Virus record (IMG/VR): IMGVR_UViG_3300017751_000222
Span: 1 to 24,441 of that record
Reading direction: 5' to 3' (one strand)
DNA from: a virus
Taxonomy: Duplodnaviria; Caudoviricetes
Length of the DNA: 24,441 nt
Shown here piece by piece: positions 17,319 through 24,441 of the stretch. How positions within the stretch are numbered: position 1 is the stretch's first letter; the number at the start of each line of letters is the position of its first letter. The translations under genes were made by a program, and so were the position numbers. The notes below the pieces were generated by a model. It did not search any database. It saw nothing but the letters and a program-made list of their open reading frames with translations, and was not told the DNA's origin.

Positions 17319-18395
17319 ATGGCGAGAAAGAAAAAAACACTAGGGGAAGCAGTCTCTAAAGAAATACAATCAAATTTTAATTTAGATGCTTTTAAAACTA
17401 AAAAAGGTTTAAAATCTAATATTAAATTTAAAGATCAAGACTGGATTCCAATTTCGTCAGCATTCCAAGAGGTAACTTCAATTCCGGGTATTCCTATGGG
17501 GCACATTGTGCTCCTTAGGGGTCACTCAGATACTGGAAAAACAACAGCACTTTTGGAAGCAGCTGTATCAGCTCAAAAAAGAAACATTCTACCAGTTTTT
17601 ATTATTACTGAGATGAAATGGTCTTGGGACCATGCTAAAATGATGGGGTTAGAGGTTAATGAGATTAAAGATGAAGAAACAGGTGAAGTTGAAAATTATG
17701 AAGGTAATTTTATTTATGTAGATAGAGAAACTATTAATTCTATTGAAGATGTAGCTGGGTTTATTTTAGATTTAATTGATGAACAAAAGAAAGGTAATTT
17801 ACCATATGATCTATTATTTCTATGGGATTCTATTGGATCTGTACCTTGTGAAATGTCTATCAAATCTAATAAAAATAATAATGAATGGAATGCCGGCGCA
17901 ATGTCAACTCAATTTGGTAATAGTGTAAACCAAAAAATAACACTATCAAGAAAAGAATCATCACCATTTACTAATACGTTGGTTTGTATTAATAAAGTAT
18001 GGACATTAAAAGCTGAGTCTCCAATGGGACAACCCAAATTAATGAATAAAGGAGGTTATGCTATGTGGTTTGATTCAACATTTGTAGTTACATTTGGTAA
18101 TGTTATGTCAGCTGGAACTTCAAAAATAAAAGCTATTAAAGACGGTAAACAAGTTGAATTTGCTAAAAGGGTAAACATTCAAATTGATAAAAACCATATT
18201 AATGGTGTTACTACTAGAGGTAAAATTGTTATGACCCCCCATGGATTTATATTAGATAATGATCGAGAACTTAAAAATTATAAAGATGCTCGAAAAGAAG
18301 ATTGGGCAGCTATTTTAGGTGGTGGAGATTTTAGAGTAGTTGAAGAAGGTCAAGCATTTACAGATATAACATCTTTTGAAGACGAGCCACAATAA
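17319..18395 (+). CDS. recA: RecA/UvsX-like recombinase
   Basis: GIPMGHIVLLRG, Walker A GHSDTGKT, FIITE (catalytic Glu), Walker B LFLWDSIGS, CINKVW, KGG.AM.F, KNHI. Confidence 0.88.
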   Translation: MARKKKTLGEAVSKEIQSNFNLDAFKTKKGLKSNIKFKDQDWIPISSAFQEVTSIPGIPMGHIVLLRGHSDTGKTTALLEAAVSAQKRNILPVFIITEMKWSWDHAKMMGLEVNEIKDEETGEVENYEGNFIYVDRETINSIEDVAGFILDLIDEQKKGNLPYDLLFLWDSIGSVPCEMSIKSNKNNNEWNAGAMSTQFGNSVNQKITLSRKESSPFTNTLVCINKVWTLKAESPMGQPKLMNKGGYAMWFDSTFVVTFGNVMSAGTSKIKAIKDGKQVEFAKRVNIQIDKNHINGVTTRGKIVMTPHGFILDNDRELKNYKDARKEDWAAILGGGDFRVVEEGQAFTDITSFEDEPQ

Positions 18396-18397
18396 AT

Positions 18398-18426
18398 TTT
18401 GATATCGGGAATATTTTTCGTATATT
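18398..18426 (+). promoter_or_regulatory. Putative early/middle promoter (class II: TTTG-N19-TATATT) overlapped by a 9-bp inverted repeat
   Basis: TTTG at 18398-18401 and TATATT at 18421-18426. CGGGAATAT (18406-18414) pairs with ATATTCCCG (18422-18430). Confidence 0.55.
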
Positions 18427-18445
18427 CCCGTATAAAATAAACTAA

Positions 18446-19480
18446 ATGAAACAGAAAGAATTATTTAAACTCCTGGATAACATTCAGGAGCAAGGGGAAG
18501 GTACTGTAATAAATAGTGAAAGAGTTCTATTAATAGATGGGTTAAATCTATTTTTTAGGAATTTTGCAATGATGAATATGGTTAATCCTGATGGGGTTCA
18601 TGTAGGGGGTTTAGGTGGTTTTTTCCGTTCACTAGGTGCTTTAATTCGTCAAATAGATCCAACACAAGTATATGTTGTATTTGATGGGGCTGGATCAGCT
18701 AACAATAGAAAAAATATAATCCCAGAGTATAAATCAGGTAGAGATTTACAGCGTATTACTAATTGGGATGCTTTTGATGATTTAGATGATGAACATGATG
18801 CTAAAGTAGATCAAATGGTAAGAATAATTCAGTATTTAAAAACATTACCTGTTAAAACTTGTAGTATTGATAAAGTAGAAGCTGATGATATAATTGCATA
18901 TTTTAGTAAAATCATACCCCAAAAACCAGAAGACAAAGTGTTTATAGTATCTTCTGATAAAGACTTTATACAATTAGTAAATGAAAATGTTATTGTATAT
19001 CGTCCTATGGAAAAAGAATATTATACAGAACAAACAGTAATTGACAAATATAAAATGTCTCCTAAAAACTTTATTTTACATAAAACTTTATTAGGAGATA
19101 ATTCTGATAAAATTAAAGGTGTTAAGGGATTAGGTGAAAAGGGGTTGTATAAAAAATTTCCTGAGTTAATGGAACGTGATATGACTCTAGAAGATATATA
19201 TTCTATATGCGAATCTAAATTTAAAGATCATGTAGTGTATGCTAGAGTAATTCAAAATATAGATGAACTAGAAAAAAATTATAAGGTTATGGATTTAGAT
19301 AATCCTATGATTAGTAAAGATGATGAAAAATATTTAAATGAAGTTGTCAATTCAGAAATACCTCCATATATTCCAGAGCAATTTGTAGCATTTTACAACC
19401 AAGATAAACTTGGGGGTATGATACGAAATGTTGAATTTTGGGTAAAAGAAATTTTTGAAAAATTAGTTATAAAAAAATAA
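18446..19480 (+). CDS. 5'-3' exonuclease / flap endonuclease (PolI N-terminal domain, T4 RNase H, T5 D15 family)
   Basis: LLIDGLNLFFR, VVFDG, EYKSGR, EADDIIA, VSSDKDFIQL and the H3TH motif LLGDNSDKIKGVKGLGEK. Confidence 0.94.
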   Translation: MKQKELFKLLDNIQEQGEGTVINSERVLLIDGLNLFFRNFAMMNMVNPDGVHVGGLGGFFRSLGALIRQIDPTQVYVVFDGAGSANNRKNIIPEYKSGRDLQRITNWDAFDDLDDEHDAKVDQMVRIIQYLKTLPVKTCSIDKVEADDIIAYFSKIIPQKPEDKVFIVSSDKDFIQLVNENVIVYRPMEKEYYTEQTVIDKYKMSPKNFILHKTLLGDNSDKIKGVKGLGEKGLYKKFPELMERDMTLEDIYSICESKFKDHVVYARVIQNIDELEKNYKVMDLDNPMISKDDEKYLNEVVNSEIPPYIPEQFVAFYNQDKLGGMIRNVEFWVKEIFEKLVIKK

Positions 19481-19485
19481 GTTAC

Positions 19486-20850
19486 ATGACATTAGTAAAT
19501 TTAAACCATTATGGTATTCACTTTCAAATTAAAGCAATTTCCTCATTGCTTACACATAAGCAATTTTTAATTAGTATACATGATGTGTTAAGTGAAGAAT
19601 ATTTTGATAACCAAGCACATAAATGGATTATTAAAGAAATATTAAGGTATTATGACAAATACCATACTACTCCTTCAATGGATATTTTAAAAGTTGAGGT
19701 TAAAAAAATAGATAATGAAGTATTACAACTATCCGTTAAAGAACAACTTAGAGAAGCATATCAAGCTTCTGAAGAAGATTTAGAATATGTACAAGAAGAA
19801 TTTTCAACATTTTGTAAAAATCAACAATTAAAAAAAGCATTACTTAGTAGTGTAGATTTACTTAAAGCTGGGGATTTTGATGGTATTAAACATTTAGTAG
19901 AATCTGCTTTAAAAGCAGGTAATGATAAAAATGTAGGACATGAATATAATAAAGACATTGAAACCAGATTTAGAGAAGATGCTAGAACTACTATTAGTAC
20001 ACCTTGGCCTAAAATTAATGAATTACTACAAGGAGGATTAGGAAATGGAGATTTTGGCCTTATATTTGGTAACCCAGGAGGGGGTAAATCTTGGTCGTTA
20101 GTAGCATTAGGGGGTTATGCTGTAAAAATGGGTTATAATGTAATTCATTATACTTTAGAATTAGGAGAAGCTTATGTAGGGAGAAGGTATGATGCTTTTT
20201 TCTCACAAATCCCAGTTGATAGAATTCTTCAAAACAGAGAAAAAATTGAAGATATAATTCCCCAATTACCTGGAGAATTAATTATTAAAGAATTTCCAAC
20301 AGGAAGAGCAACTATGTCTACTATAGAATCACATATATCTAAAGTAGGAGACTCAGGGGTTAAACCAGATTTAGTAATAATAGATTATGTTGATCTTCTT
20401 GGTACAAAGAAAAAAACAGCTGATCGTAAGGGTGAAATTGATGATATTTATACAAGCACTAAGGGATTAGCTAGAGAATTAGATATACCAATTTGGTCAG
20501 TTTCTCAAGTTAATAGAGCTGGTGCAAAAGACGATATTGTAGAAGGAGATAAGGCAGCAGGATCATATGATAAAATTATGATTACTGATGTATGTATTTC
20601 CCTTTCAAGAAAAAAAGCAGACAAAGTAAATGGCACAGGAAGATTTCACATTATGAAGAATAGATATGGTATTGATGGTTTAACTTTTGGTGTAAAAGCT
20701 GATACTTCAACAGGACATTTTGAAGTAATAGATTACAACCCTGAAGATTATGAAAAAGAACCAACTCAACCTATAAACGGTTTTAATAATGATCTTGATA
20801 CTTTTGATAAACAGTCATTAAAAAATAAATTTTTCGAATTAAATACATAA
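19486..20850 (+). CDS. dnaB: Replicative DNA helicase (DnaB / T4 gp41-like, SF4)
   Basis: Walker A GNPGGGKS, HYTLEL, Walker B LVIIDYVDLL, WSVSQVNR, KNRYG. Confidence 0.93.
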   Translation: MTLVNLNHYGIHFQIKAISSLLTHKQFLISIHDVLSEEYFDNQAHKWIIKEILRYYDKYHTTPSMDILKVEVKKIDNEVLQLSVKEQLREAYQASEEDLEYVQEEFSTFCKNQQLKKALLSSVDLLKAGDFDGIKHLVESALKAGNDKNVGHEYNKDIETRFREDARTTISTPWPKINELLQGGLGNGDFGLIFGNPGGGKSWSLVALGGYAVKMGYNVIHYTLELGEAYVGRRYDAFFSQIPVDRILQNREKIEDIIPQLPGELIIKEFPTGRATMSTIESHISKVGDSGVKPDLVIIDYVDLLGTKKKTADRKGEIDDIYTSTKGLARELDIPIWSVSQVNRAGAKDDIVEGDKAAGSYDKIMITDVCISLSRKKADKVNGTGRFHIMKNRYGIDGLTFGVKADTSTGHFEVIDYNPEDYEKEPTQPINGFNNDLDTFDKQSLKNKFFELNT

Positions 20851-20856
20851 AAATAA

Positions 20857-21840
20857 ATGAAAAAATCACTTTTAAGAGAGCGTATAGTATATAAACCTTT
20901 TGAATATCAAGAGGCACATGATTATTGGATGAAACAACAACAAGCACATTGGTTACACACAGAAGTACCAATGATGAGTGATGTTAATGATTGGAAACAA
21001 AATTTATCAGAAACAGAAAAAAATATTATAGGTTCAATTTTAAAAGGATTTGCTCAAACAGAAACAGTAGTAAATGATTATTGGACAAGTTTAGTTACTA
21101 AATGGTTTAGAAAACCTGAGGTAATTAAAATGGCTGTTACATTTGGGGCATTTGAAACCATTCATGCTGAAGCTTATTCTTTGTTAAATGAGGAATTAGG
21201 TTTAGATGATTTTAGTGAATTTTTAGAAGATGAAGCTACAATGGCTAAAATTGATGCTTTAACTACTGTAAGAGATAGTCATGATGGGACTCCTGATTGG
21301 CATGAAAGAGCTAAATCATTAGCAATATTTTCAGCATTTACTGAAGGGGTAAATTTATTTTCTTCATTTGCAGTTTTATTATCTTTTAAATTAGATAATA
21401 AACTTAAAGGAGTAGGACAAATTGTTGAATGGAGTATTAGAGACGAATCATTACATTCAGATGCTGGTTGTTGGTTATTCAGAACTCTTTTAAAAGAACA
21501 CCCGGAATTTGACACCCCCGAACTTAAAGCTGACATTGAAGAAGCAGCTCGCTTATCATTAAAGTTAGAATTAGATTTTATTGATAAAGTATATGAAATG
21601 GGTGATTTAAAAGGATGTCCAAAATATGATTTAGTATCATTTATTAAACATAGAGTAAATACTAAAATGAGTGATTTAGGCTATGGTGCTATAGTTAATG
21701 GTATAGATCAGGATGCAGTAAAAAGAATGAAATGGTTTGATAGTCTATCAGGTGGAAAACAACATACTGATTTTTTCGCAAATAGAGTAACAAACTATAG
21801 TAAAGGAGTTCAAAATTGGGACGCAAATAGTTTATTTTAA
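20857..21840 (+). CDS. nrdB: Ribonucleotide reductase class I beta subunit
   Basis: YKPFEY, HWLHTEV, metal ligands E69, E100xxH103, TEG, DESLH, radical Tyr107, TDFF C-terminal motif. Confidence 0.96.
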   Translation: MKKSLLRERIVYKPFEYQEAHDYWMKQQQAHWLHTEVPMMSDVNDWKQNLSETEKNIIGSILKGFAQTETVVNDYWTSLVTKWFRKPEVIKMAVTFGAFETIHAEAYSLLNEELGLDDFSEFLEDEATMAKIDALTTVRDSHDGTPDWHERAKSLAIFSAFTEGVNLFSSFAVLLSFKLDNKLKGVGQIVEWSIRDESLHSDAGCWLFRTLLKEHPEFDTPELKADIEEAARLSLKLELDFIDKVYEMGDLKGCPKYDLVSFIKHRVNTKMSDLGYGAIVNGIDQDAVKRMKWFDSLSGGKQHTDFFANRVTNYSKGVQNWDANSLF

Positions 21841-21844
21841 AATT

Positions 21845-23560
21845 ATGGAAAATAACGCATTACAAGTAGATTATAGTAATTGGGAAGCTGGAAAACAATA
21901 TCCAGAGTGGATGGATGAAATATCTTTAGCTACAATAAGTAAAGGATATTTACTCCCAGGAGAAACAGTGAAATCAGCATATAGAAGAGTTGCTAATGCA
22001 TCTGCTGTTAGACTTAAGAAGCCAGAACTATCAAATAAGTTTTTTAAACTTATGTGGAATGGTTGGTTAGGTTTAGCATCACCTGTTTTATCAAACATGG
22101 GTACAGATAGAGGATTACCTATTTCATGCTTTGGTATTGATACACCTGATTCTATACGTGGTATAGGGTTAACAAACGCAGAACTAATGAAATTAACAGC
22201 ATCCGGTGGAGGTGTAGGCATTTCATTAAATCGCATTAGAAAACGTGGTACTGAAATAGCAGGAAATGGTAAATCTGAAGGTGTAGTACCTTGGGCTAAA
22301 ATTTATGATTCATCAATTATTGCTACTAATCAAGGAAATGTTAGAAGAGGGGCAGCATCAGTAAATTTAGATATTGAGCATGGAGATATAGATGAATTTT
22401 TACAAATTCGTAGACCTAAAGGTGATCCTAATAGACAATGTTTAAACTTACACCAATGTGTAGTTGTTGGAGATCCTTTTATGAGAAAGTTAGAAGCAAG
22501 AGACCCAGAAGCAATGAATAGATGGGCTACTGTTTTAAAATCAAGAATGGAGACAGGAGAACCTTATATAATGTATAAGGATAATGTAAATAAAGATAAC
22601 CCAATTGCATATAGATTAAATAATTTAGATGTAAGTATGACTAATATATGTTCTGAGATTACATTATTTACAGATGAAGAACATTCATTTATATGTTGTT
22701 TATCTTCTATGAATTTAGCAAAGTATGATGAATGGAAAGACACAGATGCTGTTGAATTATCAACTTGGTTTTTAGATGGTGTAATGCAAGAATTTATTGA
22801 TAAATCAAATGGTAAAGACTCATTAAGAAGAACTCATCAACATGCTAAAAAAGGTAGAGCATTAGGTTTAGGTGTAATGGGTTGGCATTCATTTTTACAA
22901 CAAAAGGGATTACCATTTAACTCAATAGCATCTACAGCTCATACTCATAACATTTTTTCAGATATTAGAAATAAAGCAGAAAAAGCATCTATGGATTTAG
23001 CTTCAGAATATGGGGAACCATTATGGTGTAAAGGAACAGGAATGAGAAATACTCACTTAATGGCAATTGCACCTACAGTATCTAACTCAGTAATTGTAGG
23101 AGGTATTAGTGCAGGTATTGAACCTTTACCCGCTAACATTTATACATTTAATGGAGCTAAAGGAACATTTATTAGAAAAAATAAAGAATTGCAAAAAATA
23201 TTAATTGCTAAAGGGGAAGATAAAGATAAATGGTGGGATCAAATGTTATCTGAAGATGGATCTGCACAAGGAATACCTGATAATATTTTATCCCCAGATG
23301 AAAAAGAGTTATTTTTAACTTTTCCAGAAATTAACCAATTAGAATTAGTGCGACAAGCAGCTATTAGACAAAGATATATTGACCAAACTCAATCTTTAAA
23401 TTTATCTTTTGATGTAAATGATTCCCCAAAATGGATTAATCAAGTACATTTAGAAGGATGGAAATTAGGAATTAAAACATTTTATTACTTAAGAACTGAT
23501 TCTGTTATTAAAGGTGATTTAGGTTCTAGAATGGCAGATTGTATATCTTGTGATGGATAA
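21845..23560 (+). CDS. nrdA: Ribonucleotide reductase class I alpha subunit (short, no ATP cone)
   Basis: GLPISCF, GGGVG, QGNVRRGA, TNICSEI, FICCLSS, ALGLGVMG, AIAPT, DQTQSLN, TFYYLR and C-terminal CISCDG. Confidence 0.96.
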   Translation: MENNALQVDYSNWEAGKQYPEWMDEISLATISKGYLLPGETVKSAYRRVANASAVRLKKPELSNKFFKLMWNGWLGLASPVLSNMGTDRGLPISCFGIDTPDSIRGIGLTNAELMKLTASGGGVGISLNRIRKRGTEIAGNGKSEGVVPWAKIYDSSIIATNQGNVRRGAASVNLDIEHGDIDEFLQIRRPKGDPNRQCLNLHQCVVVGDPFMRKLEARDPEAMNRWATVLKSRMETGEPYIMYKDNVNKDNPIAYRLNNLDVSMTNICSEITLFTDEEHSFICCLSSMNLAKYDEWKDTDAVELSTWFLDGVMQEFIDKSNGKDSLRRTHQHAKKGRALGLGVMGWHSFLQQKGLPFNSIASTAHTHNIFSDIRNKAEKASMDLASEYGEPLWCKGTGMRNTHLMAIAPTVSNSVIVGGISAGIEPLPANIYTFNGAKGTFIRKNKELQKILIAKGEDKDKWWDQMLSEDGSAQGIPDNILSPDEKELFLTFPEINQLELVRQAAIRQRYIDQTQSLNLSFDVNDSPKWINQVHLEGWKLGIKTFYYLRTDSVIKGDLGSRMADCISCDG

Positions 23561-23610
23561 ATAAAATAATATAGTTATAACTAATAATTTAAAATAAAAC
23601 AAAAAACAAA

Positions 23611-24123
23611 ATGAAAAAACTATTGACACTTTTAATTGCATCTACTTTATTAGTAGCATGTAATAATACTAATAAAAAAGCAGAAGTAAAAACATCTCCT
23701 GCTAAATTTACTTTAACAGTAATTAATAATACTGACCAAGATATGAAATGGGAACAAAGTTGGGCGATGACAGGACCAGATTCTGGAGTTGTAGCTGCAG
23801 GTGATACAGTTGAATTATCTTCTAATGAAGTTGATTCAGATCATATTAATGTTTACCCAATGCCTCCTAAAAGCGTAGATCAACCAAACCCAGGAAATGG
23901 GACGTTTAATATGCAATATGGTTGGGATGGACATATAGCGCGTGTTTATTGTGATAATGTATGTAATAAAGGGTACCCAACAGAACAATTTAATTATGAA
24001 GGTACAAATTGGATATACGCAACTAAATGGTTAAAAGATCCATCAGTACAAACTAATACAACAAATACAGTAACTATTACAACTGAAGCATACACACCCC
24101 CAGTAGTAGAAATAGTAAAATAA
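23611..24123 (+). CDS. Lipoprotein of unknown function (beta-rich)
   Basis: Signal peptide MKKLLTLLIASTLLVA-C with lipobox LVAC. Mature region is beta-strand-rich with a CxxxC pair. Confidence 0.8.
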   Translation: MKKLLTLLIASTLLVACNNTNKKAEVKTSPAKFTLTVINNTDQDMKWEQSWAMTGPDSGVVAAGDTVELSSNEVDSDHINVYPMPPKSVDQPNPGNGTFNMQYGWDGHIARVYCDNVCNKGYPTEQFNYEGTNWIYATKWLKDPSVQTNTTNTVTITTEAYTPPVVEIVK

Positions 24124-24151
24124 ACTAAAAAAGAAAATTAACTATATTATT

Positions 24152-24180
24152 AAGAGAGGTGCATAAGCACCTCTTTTTTT
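24152..24180 (+). terminator. Intrinsic terminator
   Basis: Stem AGAGGTGC-ATAA-GCACCTCT followed by a T-run. Ends the replication-RNR-lipoprotein block. Confidence 0.9.
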
Positions 24181-24190
24181 ATATTTATAA
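24181..24190 (+). promoter_or_regulatory. Putative late promoter (class I motif ATATTTATAA)
   Basis: Exact motif directly after the terminator, 23 nt before the ATG at 24214. Confidence 0.6.
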
Positions 24191-24213
24191 TTGAATCATT
24201 AAAATTAATTATT

Positions 24214-24441
24214 ATGGCAATATTTGGAGTAATTTGTTTAATTGTATTAGTAGGAATTGGTATTCTTATTTACTTACAAAAAACAGGGAAAGTAGGCGAT
24301 AGAGATAAAGATCTAATACCTGATGTAGTAGAAGATACAATTGAAGAAACTCAAAAAAGAGTTAAAGCAGTTAAAAAAGAAGCAAAGCAAGCAAAAGTAG
24401 CAATTTCTAAAGCAGCAAAAGAAGTTAAAGATGTTGCTAAA
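24214..24441 (+). CDS. Partial membrane-anchored protein (runs off the window; not in the ORF track)
   Basis: Translated by hand: MAIFGVICLIVLVGIGILIYLQKTGKVGDRDKDLIPDVVEDTIEETQKRVKAVKKEAKQAKVAISKAAKEVKDVAK... N-terminal TM helix then a K/A/E-rich helix. No stop before the window end. Confidence 0.8.
   Translation, partial: MAIFGVICLIVLVGIGILIYLQKTGKVGDRDKDLIPDVVEDTIEETQKRVKAVKKEAKQAKVAISKAAKEVKDVAK

Noticed and set aside
8202-22236. Other short nested or antisense ORFs (8202, 12547, 15151, 15167, 15359, 17085, 20783, 21279, 21871)
   Set aside because: They overlap well-supported genes in other frames, have atypical composition and show no recognisable domains.
14707-23560. Inteins, introns or homing endonucleases in polA, recA, helicase or RNR
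   Set aside because: All are compact, with contiguous motifs and no insertion-sized gaps or intein termini.
1-24441. Stop-codon reassignment (alternative genetic code)
   Set aside because: Genes are full length and tightly packed under code 11. TAG terminates four genes at sensible positions (7797, 10543, 14664, 16414), and no conserved gene is interrupted by TGA or TAG.
23611-24441. Lipoprotein plus TM protein as an o-spanin/i-spanin pair
   Set aside because: The order is opposite to Rz/Rz1, the genes are separated by a strong terminator and a new promoter motif, and no endolysin or holin is adjacent.
1-24441. tRNA, rRNA, CRISPR array or DGR repeats
   Set aside because: Intergenic gaps are all about 100 nt or shorter and are explained by terminators and promoter motifs. 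No cloverleaf, spaced repeats or reverse transcriptase seen.

Overview
All-plus-strand, very AT-rich, gene-dense segment of a large tailed phage with a contractile tail (myovirus). Standard genetic code. The host is probably Bacteroidota, inferred from the lack of Shine-Dalgarno sites and Bacteroidota-like promoters. 1-14664 is a tail module: sheath, T4 gp19-like tube, a tail/baseplate assembly chaperone pair, tape measure, tube-initiator-like protein, LysM baseplate protein and a hub fused to an amidase. 14707-23560 is a replication/recombination/nucleotide module: an atypical short family-A polymerase, a small overlapping ORF, gp32-like SSB, RecA/UvsX, 5'-3' exonuclease, DnaB-like helicase, NrdB and NrdA. 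A lipoprotein and a partial membrane protein follow. Most notable: (1) an apparently thumbless PolA with a degenerate exonuclease, altered steric-gate/motif B/motif C residues and an overlapping partner ORF; (2) three homologous beta-domains that appear nested inside one another (A1-A2-A3-B3-B2-B1) in the tail sheath; (3) a likely +1/-2 frameshift at a T8 run in the tail chaperone genes; (4) two distinct promoter-like motif classes that separate structural from replication genes. All calls come from reading motifs by eye; no searches were run.
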